Part shown: one piece after another, positions 25,771 through 40,633 of the stretch
How the letters are laid out: each line of letters starts with the position of its first letter
Numbering within the stretch: the first letter of the stretch is position 1
Assembly (NCBI GenBank): GCA_012295275.1
Contig: CM022670.1
Span: 17,608,001-17,672,000 of the forward strand
Reading direction: 5' to 3'
DNA from: Chrysomallon squamiferum
Taxonomy: Eukaryota; Animalia; Mollusca
DNA: 64,000 nt
Program-made: the position numbers and the translations under genes
The notes under the pieces: model-generated
Told to the model about the DNA's origin: nothing
Database searches by the model: none
The model's input: only the letters and a program-made list of their open reading frames with translations

Positions 25771-28650
25771 GTTTTATTATTTGAAAGATTTTAAACCAAA
25801 TTTTAAAACAAATACTGAAAATGTTAATCAGTTACAGATAGTGATACATTTTTTTTTTTTTTTAAATTAAACATATTATTGTTTTAAATTTCTGAATTTA
25901 ATTTTGTGTGTAATCATCTGCCAGATGCTAACAGAACAATTAATTTTTATATAATTAAATGCAAGGTGATATTCTAACCCATTTAACTAGTGACAGTTAT
26001 TTTCTTGTGCTAGGTTTGTTACTTACTGCAGATAAGATCCAGTTTGTGTTAAAACAATGAAATCTTTTATATATCATCTACAGCATTCACTTTTTTAATT
26101 ACATACAACTGATTTTTATAACAGCTTGGAAAAAAGAAACATTTGGTATAATCTGATTGATATATATATTTTTGTTTGTTTGATTTTTTAACTAATCTTC
26201 TTGTTTTTTTCTAGAGTTAAGGTTTAATTTTTTGTATATTGTTCAGCAGATCATAGTATAATTATGTTTCTATGAGTGAATCACATTGTTATTATGGAAA
26301 CTAAATTAATCAGGTGCTAACTGTAAAACCGATGTCACCTGTTTTTTTAAGTGTTTTCAAAATAATCTTAATCAGGTAAACCAATACATCTTTTATTACT
26401 GAGGACTTTCACCAGACAGTGCTGTTACATTTTCTCATCTGCTTTTGATGATTTTGATTATATTAATTACTGTTTTTAGAAGGGCTTGTTTGTACATTGT
26501 GTAAAGCTGTAATCATTAATGTGCTTTTTGAAATTTTAATATTATATTAAGCTGAATATTATACTTTTCTCTCTGTTAGTTTTAGAAGAGTTTAAAAAAA
26601 TAAACTGACCACAAGCTGGGCTGGTTACAATAAAATTCAAACATTTTGATAAAGAACAAATCTTGTAAGGCTGGTAACATTCTGAAGTTGTTTCATGTGC
26701 TGTTAAATGGGATTTTTAAAATACCTTCTGATAGCATTTTACATGCAGCTAAATTAGACAGGAAATTTATGTATATATTGTATATATTATTAACAAGCCT
26801 TCTAGAATTATGACTTAAATTTGCCAATTTGTTTTTTTTTTTAATCAACTCCATTAAAATTATGTGATATATATTACTGCATTTATAACAGTATTATGTT
26901 TTTAATAATAATACATACATACATACATACATACATACATACATACATACAAATAAATAAAGAACCAATGAATAATTTATTTTTATAATTCCAGGAACAA
27001 TCATGCATACCAAATAGTTCATGTAAACAAATGAGAAAAAAACTGTTTTATCTGCAGTAAATGATATAAAAACAAAAAAATGTAGTCACTGATTTAGTTT
27101 TAAATAGAAACTGAATAGATAAACACAATTTATTCTAACAGTATTTGACATTTTGTCATTAAGTATTTGCTGTCATTGTATAAAGTCCAGTTTGTAGCCT
27201 ATGTCTATTGACAAGTGTAATTAATAAAAAAAAATCACATAATTGGATAAATTTAAGTAGAAATAAGTTTCTCATGTATCAGTGAAATCAATATGTTGAA
27301 CTAGCTTACATTGGTGATTCAGTATGAGTGTATAGAATTGGTTTCTTGTAAAGGGTACCTATGATTGTATGAAGAAATAGCCTAAATAATTCCTGTGAAT
27401 CCTTAATATAATCTTAAAAATTATATATTAATTTTCAGTTATCAAGAATTTAAATAGTCGTAAAGATTGTATTTCAGCACACCTTATTTATTAGTAATTT
27501 CAACAGAAGTATTGTTTTACAGATAATGTTGGAGAGGCAATCTAGATTTGGTAAAAGCTCATTCAATTATTAAATTTGCTTATTACAATTGCCATGAGTA
27601 ATACTATCAAAATACCTGGAAACTGGTATTGAAAAATGCTAAATAAGTCATATGAATATAATGAAGATCACATATGTTGTTGCCTAATAAGTGCAAGAGC
27701 CCAAACATTTTGCATTCTTACATTTAACATCAACCTTAGTATAAATGTAAAAAGGGCAATATGCTGAAATCTAATAAAATGCAATGTAAAAAATTTTCAT
27801 TTTATTTTTATTTTCTTTAAATAAATGCTTGTGTATAAAACCTCACTTTCTTGTTATATTGTTCTGTTTTGAATAACTTCTGTTAAAGCTGGAAAAATCA
27901 CATGAAGTATTCAAACTATATTTAGGTTTTTATTGTTTTAATACATATCATAGGTACACTACCAAAATGGAACATTTTTATGATCATATATTTGTTTTCT
28001 TGTGGAATTAAACATTTTTTGTCATTCTAATATTAAACTTTATATTTACAATGCAACTATCATTCTTAAGTTATTTTATTTTATATTGCAAAAAGATGTC
28101 TATAAAAGAAACCTGATATTAGTATTTTCTTTCTATTAGATCTTATTATTCATTACTCTATCTTTAAATAGGTGTCTGATGCATTGTTAAACTTGACATA
28201 CACACACATGCACAAACTATTTAACAAAAAGTAGAAAGGAGAAGGAAGAAAAAACCTTTGAAAAATATAAATACTGGTTTCTTTAAACTGAAATCTTGAA
28301 TATAAACATGATCGAAAATACCTTCTTTATTTACTGATGGATAGAATTAAAATTATTTAGTAAAACTAATAAATGGAAAACTCCTCCATGTAGGAAATTC
28401 TGCTTTATATTTCAACCAGATGATTGTACTGGAATGTTTTAATATAATATTTTTAGAAACTGTTTAATTTCAGGAAAAAAATGTTCTTCAGTATTGTTTG
28501 CAAAACAGTAAAAATATGATTTAGATAGATAAAAATAATCACCTGGTTTTTCATAAATCCAGAATGATTATTTACATGAATTTATTTTATTAAAAAACAA
28601 AAAACAAACAAAACCTTTACAAATATATTTGAAAAATATTTATTGCTAAA

Positions 28651-28698
<48 letters not shown>

Positions 28699-28968
28699 CC
28701 AGTTTTGTAGTTATATTTTAAATGATTTTGTTTATATTATGGTATATAGCTTTGTGATGTACCAAAAAGACCTTTCTACTCAAAGATGTAAAAGATAAAT
28801 GAGGAACCTGACTGCTAATAGTTGATTTCCTCTTGGCCCTATAATTATACAAGTACTGTGTTGTTAAATAGTAATTATTTTTATTCTTTCTTCATATTGT
28901 GTATTGCCTATAATATATGGAAATGTCATTAAATGGGTGTTTATTCATTTGTTCTCTTAACATTTCAG

Positions 28969-29295
28969 AAGCTAAACAGCCAAGAAGCTGAAATGGAGAT
29001 CGAAATGGTGAAGGGCAAAGGTTATGAGTGTGCTGTTCGCAGTTGTAAAAACAAACAGTACAATGAAGATGGGGAGTTCCGAGATGGGACACACTTCTTC
29101 CGCTTTCCTCCTGATGAGAAGGATCGAAACAGATGGTGTCAGCTCATCAAGCGACCTCAAGGTGAAGGTGGTTTCAAGGTCACAAATGCAACCCGATTAT
29201 GTCATCATCATTTTGAAGAGAGGTATTTGAGAAAGATGTTGTCTGGTTACTGGGAACTGAAACCAGGAGCAGAGCCTACGCTAAATATATCATGA
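28969..29295 (+). CDS. THAP (C2CH zinc finger) domain terminal exon
   Basis: Acceptor catttcag at 28968. Peptide CAVRSC...HFFRFP...RNRW...RLCHHHF...LKPGAEPTL has all THAP C2CH ligands, the conserved P/W/F/P residues and an AVPTIF-like box. Confidence 0.9.
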   Translation, partial: KLNSQEAEMEIEMVKGKGYECAVRSCKNKQYNEDGEFRDGTHFFRFPPDEKDRNRWCQLIKRPQGEGGFKVTNATRLCHHHFEERYLRKMLSGYWELKPGAEPTLNIS

Positions 29296-32200
29296 TATTA
29301 ACAGACTTAATTCAAAAATTACATTAACATGTATGCATTCGGTAGACATTTTTCTTTCTTCATTTTTTTCTTCTGTTTCTCCTCCATTCATAAATATATA
29401 TATATATATATATATATGATGTTAAAAAATTAAAATGCAAAAGCAGGGTTTTGTGTATTGTTAGCATTAACCGTAACAATTAAATCAGTCCTGTTTTCGT
29501 ATGTAGAATATCACAAATCTAGGTTTTTTTTCATGGGGAAACTCACAATTTTAATTTCTTTAATTACTGTAAATCATAATATACAAATTTACAATTTGTC
29601 TATCATTTGAGGTGTATTTTGTTATCTTAATATTTTAATCACAAGTTGCTTTACAAACACAGAAAAATGTATTTAAAGATTGTCTGTATATGTATATTGT
29701 AAATAATTACACATTTTATCATTGATCATAAATAAATTTAATAAGTGAAGCCAAATACAAACCATTTTATTTCATACATCTGTGTATGTACAGCTGCTTT
29801 TGATTGAATTTTAACTGTGCCTTGTAAGGGCATTTACTATGAAATCAGGAACACAATGTTTTTTTTTGTTGTTTTTTTCCCATTATGTTGTAATTAGTAG
29901 TAAACACTTGTTTGTGGTGGACAGATTTACTGTAAGTACATAGAGAAAAATGTTATTTATAGGCTCTGTTTTTCTGAGATGACTGAAACAAAACATACCT
30001 GTAATGTAAAGCTGCATTTTGTTACACAACTACATTTTGTAAATGCCAACCAAGTGAATCAAACATGATTTTCATTTCAGTTCTGCAAAAGATTGAATGT
30101 GGTGAATGTGCATATAGATATACTGTAGTATCATTGAAATTGTGATTATGTCAGTTTATGTCAGCCATAGAAGTAGATAGCATGACTAAATGTGTTAAAG
30201 TCACTAAAAGTTGTTAAAGATTTAATGTAATTCATTTTCCTTTGTACTGTTTTTGCAAAAATTAAAAAACAAAAGACCTCACCTAAGAAATCATTCAATA
30301 TTTCAGCTGCAACATTGTAAAAAAATAAACAAAAAATTCTGTAAAGTTCTACTTTTGGCCATTGTGTGACAGACTGTTTACATTTCAGTATCTGTTAGCC
30401 TATACTTGATATTTGTCACTTGATGTTAGGTATTAAGTGATTATCATCTTTAGTTATGTCACGCAGTTATTAAAAAAAAAAAAAAACGTGCAATATGTTA
30501 AAACTAAAAAGGTATACAGATATTCATATACAGACATTTAATTTTTTTTTTTTTTTTTTTAAATGAACTACATTTACAAGATATTGTTTAAACATTTTCT
30601 GTAAGTTAACTTGTGGACAGATGGTATTTTGTCTCTGATTAAATTATTGGAAAAGTAATTTCATCAACTTTGTTCATGTTTCTGCACTGGACAAATGATA
30701 ATTATAAGGATTGTGAGACATTTACCTTAAAGTATGTAAACAAATACATTTTGGTATTTATAAGAAAAATGAGAATGACTGCATAGTCTGTATATGTACA
30801 ATACTTTCAAATGTAAACAAATGACGATTTGATATTTACAAGGCACTTAAGAATATCTATATGCTCTAAATTTCAGGTAAATATTAATCATATCTCTCTG
30901 GTTTACTATTCTTATTACAGTAGAATATAAATACCAATGTATTTGTCTTGTTTTTGTAAAATATTTTGTAAAATATACAGACCGTAATAAAAAATTAAGT
31001 TTGCTTTATATTACTGAATGATAAACTTTAGTGTGTGTGGGTGGGTAAATAAGACCAAGTTTGACATTTTAACTGTTGAGGATAATTCCTTGTAAAAATA
31101 TAGTTTACTACAAATCATCAAATATACCAGGCAAACCAGTTTTGAAAAATAATATTTTTTCTTCAGGTCATTGTTATGTATTAAAATCCATTTTATTAAA
31201 TGTTCTAATCATTTGGTGTTTAAATTTTAGATAAAACTGTTTGTGTATTGTATTACCAAACAAACTTCTAATTTTGGTACTTTGAAGTTGTTCATCTTTA
31301 GTATTTTTGTTTGAAGTAATAAAAATGTTTGCTTTTTTACAGTTATTTTTTCTACTTTAAGAAGAAACCAGTTGGTTACTAAACATATCTTAACAGTTAA
31401 TCTTTTGACAGCATTCCAGTTCTTTTCCATTCTTCATATTTAATGTGTACTTCTCCACAGTCCAAGTTTGTCATTTATTGTTATTCAACAAGGAACAAAA
31501 CAATAACAATAAGATATAAAACAAAATCCTTTTTATTTTGATTATTGTTATGATTTTAAAAATTAAAAATTTATTTTTAAAATTTATCAGGCTAATCTTG
31601 TTAACAAAAATGGTTATAAATGAGGTCGGAATAAGCTGCCTTGTTCCAGAAATTAAATAATAAGAAAAATAAAATGAACAACCTGAATATGAGAAGTTGC
31701 AAACTAATACATGTATTTGTTTCTTTAAAAATGTCTTGTTAATAAGAAAAATTTGACATGATTGTTGAAACAATACACTGGTAGTCAACATATCCTCAGA
31801 TTAAATTAAATGAAATCTTTCATCTGACTGGGAAATAAATTAAAAAATGTTTATTAAAAATAAATAAATAAATAAATAAAATTATATTTAATAATTAACA
31901 ATCAATTTGCCTTAACAGCAACTGTTGTCCAGAAGGTGGAATGAAATATGGTTATAAGATAAGGAAAAACATTTTCATTTCTTTGGCAGTTAATGAAAAG
32001 AAAAATCATTTGAAATAAAAACCTTAGCCATGTGAGCTGTTGTTCCACAGCTATAACACCAATAAGCTAAATATATCAACTGATGCCATTTGAAATTGCT
32101 GCTACAAGTTTGGCAATGATTCTTACATTCTTCAAAAAACTAACACATGTATGTAAGGTAAAAAAAGAGAAGGACAAAGAAATGTTAAACTCAATAAATA

Positions 32201-32517
32201 AAATGTTAGAAATATTTTGAAGACTAGAAAAACATTCAGTATTAAAAACAATATGAGAATCTAGGTGTGGTTTTTTTTGAATTACTCATATACTATCATA
32301 TAACCTATTATGTACCAGCATAGAAATGGAAGAATACGTGGCAAAACATTTAAGAGTTGCCACATTTTGTTAACAGATAAACTATTATTTAGTAATTCTT
32401 TACATTAAAATAATGTACAACAAATATATTATTTAATAAATATAAACTAACACCATCTACCAAGGACTAGTTCACAGTATATTTGACAATTTCTGTTCAT
32501 TGTATTTGCTGTCTAAG

Positions 32518-34591
32518 TTACTGTTTAACACAAGAATCAAAATCTGTTGTTTCTGCTGAAGCATTTTCCCCATCTGAATCTGCGTGGCAAGAATCAGATT
32601 TTACAAATGTCAGGGGAAGGTTATCATCCACATAGTTAGATGTCATGTCTTCCTTATTTACATTTGATTTTTCATCTCTGTAAACATAAACATGGTATGA
32701 GTTATCCTCACTGTCTGATTTTGCAGTATCAGAATTGTCTGTTGATGTTACCCTCTGTTCGGCAACACAAGATTCTGGTTTAACTTGGGAATTAGTTGCA
32801 TGAATCATTTTGTCTTTTAAAGCTTGAATGTGAATTCCCTGAGATGCTGAAAAGATTTCTCCATTTTCATCTAGTACTCCATCCTTGCACAGTTGTCTAA
32901 CCCTGTCTCTCAGATAGCCAACATATTTTGGTTTGGACATGTGCATTAATCTTACATGTTCAGAAATCATGGAGGTTGTAGAACTCCAGCTGGTACAAAA
33001 AGCACATTTCCAGATGTAAAGGGTGCCATCAGGAGTGATTCTTGTTTTGCTGTTCAGTCTTGTAGTAGGAGGGCTGTGGTACACAGAACTGTTACTCGAT
33101 GAGACAGCTTCACTGTACAAATGGTTTTGAATTGTTGAATCAATTTGTGAACTGCTTACAATAATTGTTTCTTCTTCTAAAATGAAAAACAAAAACAACC
33201 GACATAATTCAAATTGAAGTCTTAAACCTAAAAAATGTAGAAGTGAAATGCAAAAAATACAAATGTAAAATTAATACCAAGAAAATCTCATCATGCATAT
33301 TAAAACCTAGTTATATCACTGTCATCTTTTATAACAATGAAATAAAAAATTATCAGTAAGTGTACAAAAAGACTATTTTAGCATTTTGTTTTGCTAATTT
33401 GTTTTATCCACCATTTTCATGAAAACTGTTTTGCTTTCTCAAATTTGAATTCAATAAACTTACTGTCTTCTTCTAAATCACATGCAATACTAAAATTTTA
33501 GTTGAATTCTCTGTTGGTTTACCTGAATCAATGAGTTTCTCGTCACTTCTTTTTCTTTTACTTCTAGGCACATCTACATTTCCTTTGAGAGAGAAAAATA
33601 AAATAAAAAGTAACAAACAAGTGATAAAAATGACTCACAAAGGTATACATTTGTCTCTGTATTTATACAGTAACCCTTGATTGAAAGAATGTCCACTGAT
33701 GCACAAGTCTGTGAAATGGCAATGTTTTAAGATTATAGTATGAAATGTTTAAAAGTTAACAATTTCTCTTTATACACAGATTAGAATTTGTATAAATATA
33801 TATACAAGAACCAAACTACCTGTATTTATTGTCTTAATTTTCCATCAAGTGTGCAGTTAAAGTTATAAAACATTATAGTATCTTTCTTAGCTAAGAGAAA
33901 ATGATAAAATCCTTGATGCTAAACTAGTATTTTATTACCTCAAATAAAATATTTTACATTCTATTATTATTTTTTAAACATTGCTTATAATAACATAAAT
34001 ATTTAATGAAAATGAAAAACAACATGGATATCTATTTAATTATCAAAATGTCAAATAAAGAAATTAAACTGTGCATGAATCATTTATTCTTATGTTGCCA
34101 GTCATGATGAATATTTGACTGTCTTTTGTGGTATATTTCAAATCTATAATAACAGTCAGTTGTTCACAATCACCTTCAATATGTGATGTTCTTTCTTGAA
34201 AGCTTTCTTCCATTTTCACTTCTTTCTTTTTTTCACCTCCTGATGCAGACCGTCCTTGAATGGCACGTTTCTTTGGTGGCATGACAAAATTCTGGATCTT
34301 CTAAGCAATAAACTGAGAATCATCACATTTCTTGGCAATGCATTAATAATAATAATAATAATATTTTTTTTTTTTAAATTGTAGAAAACACAAAATAACG
34401 AGTACCCAATATTGAACAATTTTAAGTTTGTGGTTGTGACACTTAATTGCAAAATAATCACAGACATCAAGTAAAATAAGATATAAAAGGTTGACATAAA
34501 AGCTAAAACTGGATCCTGAGAGTTTTTGTGAAGAAATGAATAAAAGAAAAATCACCTGATTATTTAATTCCTCTCCAGCATCTGTCAACAT
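32518..34591 (-). CDS. Small nuclear protein with a single C2H2 finger (~293 aa)
   Basis: Phase-consistent exons 34591-34556, 34300-34174, 33582-33523, 33176-32518 (TAA). Basic NLS-like PPKKR and RSKRKR. Finger WKCAFCTSWSSTTSMISEHVRLMH. The start could instead be the ATG at 34282. Confidence 0.75.
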
Positions 34592-36589
34592 GGTCAAATT
34601 TTCTGCTCAGCTGTAAAATAAAGTGACTTTATTTAATATAATCCATAATGCAAGAACCTTCTCAATAAAGTTAGTGTCTGATAACATTTTCATTAATGTA
34701 GATTCAATCCAAACTACCAAAAAATGTTTCAAGTGTAATCTTATTGAAATTTCCAGTTTGATTAGTGGTATAGTTTTCATTTTAGTTTAGCTGTAATTGA
34801 AAGTTAAATTCTTTTTACCTCCTAGATGATTCATCTGTGCAGGTTACTTTAAGCTTAGCTCCAAATTTTTTGGTTTGGTCAGTGGCCTCCCCAGCATTTG
34901 TGAAAGGGGAGGGAATTGGCACAACTGGTGCAAGTTAAACGAAAGGATGGTACAGAAAATGTTCAGGGTACAAGTACTTCGATCAATGTTCAAAAATGCA
35001 CCTATAAATAATTGCATCAAATGCACTATTAACAAGTTTATTTCATTTGAAATTAAATAAAATCAAAGTGTCTGTTTAATTTATTATACAAAATGAAATT
35101 CAGTAAATAAATGGGTGGAGAATATTGCTGCCATTGCTGATGAATGGTGGGTGAACTCGTTGTAAGCCGTAAGGGATGGTGGGCCCACCATCTCTTACAG
35201 TAAATAATGAGATCTCTGTCTGGTGAAAGAGAGATGGTTCTGAAGAACAGGCATGAACAAGTTATTCTTCTTCTTTAATGTCCATAAAACAAATAATATT
35301 AATATCAGGTATCTGAAAGAAGGAAAGAAAACAGTTAAAATTATATATATAAATACATATTGTAAATAAATGCTTAATCCAGGCTCAGTCTGAATGAGAA
35401 AATACACACAAACTCCCACACAACAAATCATTGAGCACATCATTTTTGAAGACCTGAAATTATTTTGAACTTTTTTATTTTATATATCACATTAAAAACA
35501 AACAAACAAACAGCTGCTATAGAACTGGTTCAAACTACAGTTAAAATGTTCTTATTATTAAGACAATTTTACTGTTAATTCCTAATGTATCTTTTCTTAA
35601 AGAAAACAATACATAAAATGATAAAGAAAACATGTATTCTCATATAATAATTTTAAAAATATTTAAAATAGGATAATAAAACCATATTGTGTTTACATTT
35701 TATTAATGTATATGTAAGATATATGAACATTGTGATAAAAAGTTAAAATGATATAACTCCTTCATGATGTCTTACAATGACGGTGATACTACTGACTTTT
35801 GTTTTTTGTTATTTTGTTTCTAAGATAAGCGAGTTTTATTTAAAATAATTTATTATTATTTGTTGTTGTTCTTTTACAACCAGATCTCAATGTTCAAAAA
35901 TTCCAGTTGCTATTTCAATGTTTCTCATCAAGCCCTTTTAAATTGAAGTGTCAAATGTGCATTTCAGCAATCTCTTTCTTCATTTTGTTCCTGTTCGAAT
36001 TCCTATGTTTCTATCAATTCTTTAGTTGTAATTTAACAGAAAAATGTTTTTTTTTTTTTTTTTTTAAATGAATACATGTTTATATTAAAAAAAAAAAATA
36101 ATAAATTAAAACAATTTTAAAAGATTTATTATGATATATAACATCTGTAAATCTAGGTTCTCTAAAGCATATAAAAATAAAGTCCAATATGAAAATAAAC
36201 TAAGGATCGTAATGAAGTTAATCTCTATGTAATTTCACAATTCCTTTGAACATTATAGTTATATTATATATATATTATATTAGCATTTAGTACATTCAGT
36301 ATTGTATAGGTGTAGCTTGGGATATTTTATGGAATTGTACGGAACACAATAATGGTATTTTGGGTATCTTTATACTTAGTTTATCAAAACCCAGTTAGCC
36401 TAAATCTAATAACTGTCTTTTTGGTACTTTACAAACATTTAAGATTTTACACTCGAGTGCTCCATAATAAATTGAAGGGATAAAATAACTAACAAACAAG
36501 TGGTAACATTAACTTAATGCACACTTACATGCAATATTTATTATCTTTAATAATCAGAGCATTTTTAATTACTTCTGTATTTTATGCAC

Positions 36590-36780
36590 TTACCCGGTGC
36601 ACTACCTTCTGTGGTGTTTTATTTTGAAAATCTTGGAATAATGAAATAATGGTAGATCATTTATTCAGACAAACACTTCCGGTCTGTATTTCTTTAGTCT
36701 TTTTCGGCCTGAATCAAGGAGAGCCCTTTTTGTAGGGCAACGACAAGCACGCAAAGTGCAGCAGAGGAAGTAACATTCTT
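36590..36780 (-). promoter_or_regulatory. Putative promoter and first exon of the minus-strand C2H2 gene
   Basis: ETS motif CCGGAAGTG (minus strand, 36674-36682) and donor CGG|GTAAGT at 36594/36593. Confidence 0.5.
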
Positions 36781-36916
36781 TTCAGTCAAGTGGTTATTAA
36801 ATATTTATTTAGTCATTATTATTTTCTTAAAAATATATATATATATTTTTGGTGGCTTTTTTTTTAAACCTTTTCAGAAATGGATCTGTTTTTCCATGTA
36901 ATTCCATGCCATAAGC

Positions 36917-36964
<48 letters not shown>

Positions 36965-39044
36965 TTTAAGTTACTCGTAACTTTTTTGTGGAGAACATTA
37001 AAAAAAATATACAAATATATGTTTGTTTTCTATAGAATATACCCTGCTTTATGTAGAGTTATTTCCCTTCACTCAGTGAAGGGAGGAAATAGTTAAGTTA
37101 ACGACGCATTAAGTCGTGTTTTTTTTTTTTTTTTTTTTTTTGCAGAGGGGCGAGGATCCGAGATAATGTTAAAGTTGCATTGAATTGAAAAATATAGTAG
37201 TTTTTAAAAATGTATTGCAATTTTCTTTTACTTTGTTACAAATGAATAAATCCATTAAATATTGTTTTAATTAATTTTAAAATTAATACTGTTATTAATC
37301 TTTCAACAAATGAAAGAATAAAAAAAAAAAAAAAAAAAAATGGCATGAGTCCTGAACGAACATATAAAAAGACATATAAGAAAAGCAATAATAATTATTT
37401 GACATTGCAGTTTGCATAAATATATAATTTTTATAGTAAATCATCGCGAAACAAAAGTAATACTGTATCGCATTCCAACCGTCAGTATCAAGATTAAGAA
37501 GAACAGGGAAAAAGTGATGGACAAATATTGAAACTAATCCGAGCAACTTTCGTACGATTGAAAAACATATGCATTCAATGGATTTTTATTAATATGCATT
37601 AAATTTACTTCTGCTATTAATATACATTGATTGTACTGTTATTATTATTTATATATTCGTAATTTTATTGCTGTATCTGGCAGGGTAAAGGTGGAACATC
37701 CGGAAAAACAGCAGGTTAGATCTAGTCGCATCTGTTGTACGTGTTTTATAAACAGGTGTAGGACACCTTTTAGGAAGTGATGTCATTAAACTCGTGTAAA
37801 TGAAGCAAATCGCCGTAAGTGACATTTGTGGCACTTTTAAGTTCTAATTTACATATATGAGTAAAGTTGTTTTTAAAATACACATATATATATATCTTTT
37901 TTTTTTTTCATATTTGGATATTTAACTTGTTTTTGCGAAATCCCTTTAAGCACGCGTAATATTCTATTCAGTAATAGCTTGTAAACTATTGCCAATCTTT
38001 TATTGAACATTTCAAACAAAAGCATTAGGGACAAAAAAAAAAACAAAACAAAACAAAAACAACAAAATTCAAAGAAAAACACCAAAACATTAAAACAACC
38101 CAACGAAATCAACGTATAATAAATAAATATGTAACTAAATAAATACATAAATACACACACACACGCACACACACACACTCAATTTTAGTATGTTTGTATG
38201 TATTATGAAGACCTGTGCATGTATGTATATGTATGTGTGTGTGTGTGTATACATGTGTGTGTGTGTGTGTGTGTGGCTGTGTGTGTGTGCGCGCGTGCGT
38301 AGGTGTGTGTACAAATATACTCATTCATGTATAAAACATGACACAGAAACGTTGAAAGTGATTTACTCTAAAATGTATGGGCGATTAAAGTTTGCGCAGT
38401 TAAAAGTACTGTTGATGTGAAAATCACAATACTGTTATTAAACTATCGGCCACGCCTAGCTGATCAAAGCGCGATGTATATCATTTATGGTTGTCTGATA
38501 AACATCTTTGAAATGCACTTAGCGCACCCGGATTTACGCTCCGTCCCGCGCACATGTCTCCGTCTTCCGGAAAATAAAATGAATCATTTAATGCACATGC
38601 GCTGTTAGGACAAGCTTTGAAATGACCAAAAAGGTTTTGGTTTTCTCGTGTATAATATGACCGTCATGCCTCATACCGAAACAGAAGATTTTATTTATTA
38701 TTATTTTTTTTTTTTTTTTTTCTTTGACTCTTTTTTTTTTTAATAGAAAGATTTTATTTTAAAAAATATAAAATATAAACCTCTATTCCGATGAATTAGT
38801 TTATGTCTATTGTTACCGTTTGAAGTCGGTCCCCAGGCCCCTCGTCCAAATGGTTTTGCCTCGCTCCATGTTTTTGCCTCATTTAAAAAAGAGTCAAGTT
38901 ACGGCCAATATATATATAGTCTGTTTAATTAAGTACTCATCAAACGATTAAATTATCTCGAATATGCTATATACGAACAAAGCGATGTTCGCAACAAAAC
39001 CCAAAGAGATTTTCCTAAAATGAACGCCTCTTAATATTATAGAT

Positions 39045-39314
39045 CAGTCATGGGCAAACTGCGGCCCGTGCGGCTTTCTGAGTGGCCCGCCTAATTTCAC
39101 AAGCAAAATAACGTTATTTCAAATTTTATAAAATGAGTCAATTTTGCATCTACTAATGTACTAAAACATATGTAATTTTATTTTATTTTAACAGTTCCTG
39201 AAGTACATGAAAATGAAAAAATTCTTAAAATTGCCTAAATTAATATCTGCGGCCCGGTTGAGTATGAGCCATGTCTCATGTGGCCCGCTTCTCGAAAAAG
39301 GTTGCCCATGCCTG
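39045..39314. mobile_element. hAT (Charlie-like) MITE, 270 bp
   Basis: TIRs CAGTCATGGGCAA / TTGCCCATGCCTG, exact 8-bp TSD TTATAGAT (39037-39044 and 39315-39322), subterminal G(C/T)GGCCCG repeats at both ends. Confidence 0.92.
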
Positions 39315-40146
39315 TTATAGATATTTTCAGAAAACGTAGTTGATAAGTGGTCTTAACGATGGTAGCTTATACGTTTTGTACTGGCATCAACAAAAAATAA
39401 ATTGCTTGTTTTTTATTTCATTTCACGACCTGCGTAACTCCAGGATCCGTGATTTTCTTTGCATAGAATAACACAGACCATGCGTGAATATCTTCCTTTA
39501 GAGGACGAAGAAGTAAACACAGGCCTAAGATTTTGATCAGTCGTAGATAATAAACTTTATTATAGACATAGTTTTATTGACTGATTAATTATTAATCTAT
39601 GCTGTAATTCAAGACGCCAGGCTACAGCGTTTTCTGTTTTAACCGCCACGAATTAGGGAGTGAAAATGGCCGTAGATTATTGAGAACGTGATTCCTCACA
39701 CAGTCCGGTGGTATTAGTTGATGTGATGTTCTGTAAATATGTCAAATTTCCGTTGTCTTGAAATTGTTTTGCAGTAGAAAACATGATTGGATTACATATA
39801 TAAGACTAGATTTTGAAGAATACACCCCTCCCGAATCTGCACCTGAATGGCAAAAATATCGATTTTTTATTTTTATTTTTTTTTTAAAAAAAGAAGAAGA
39901 TGAAAAAGAAAAAGAAAGAAAGAAAAGAAAATTTAGACGTTAACCATCGCTGTAATCAACCAAATAATTAGTTACAATTTCGTACAATAAAATTAATCAC
40001 GACATATTTAAATAATATATTATCGGAGGACTCCAGCTGTTCTTTGGTTATATTTTTTATTGATTACTTGTGTTAGATGTTTTAAGGTTGTAATATCGCA
40101 TAACTTCTCTTTTGTAAAATAATACAGTTTAATTATTTTAAAGATC

Positions 40147-40214
<68 letters not shown>

Positions 40215-40265
40215 TAATAATAACAACAACAACAATAACAACAACAATAATAATTGTTGTTGTTG

Positions 40266-40303
<38 letters not shown>

Positions 40304-40599
40304 TATTATTATTATTATTATTGAATTGTATGGAAGGAAAGAGGATTCATATCACTTTATTTAATAGTCATTTAAAATTTGATTTTCTGAACTGCCCCAA
40401 TGAAACTCTGGTTCGTCTAAATCAGTCCAGTTCTTGCCCGTGACGTCAAATAGGCTACTGCACTTTGTCTACAGATCAATTCTACTTGCATGTCTTTTTA
40501 ACGGGCGCTAATTTCAATCTGTCGGATCTAATTGTTGCTTTTGTGCACATATTCAAATATACTTCAAGCGTTTAATTTTTATTGTTATTTTATTTATTT

Positions 40600-40633
<34 letters not shown>

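Noticed and set aside
20780-28969. Direct in-frame splicing of ZNF2 coding exon 1 to the THAP exon
   Set aside because: A phase-1 donor joined to a phase-0 acceptor gives EAKQPRS followed by a stop.
28969-29295. THAP as part of a P-element or other transposase
   Set aside because: The ORF stops right after the domain, with no catalytic region or TIRs and a UTR-like downstream sequence.
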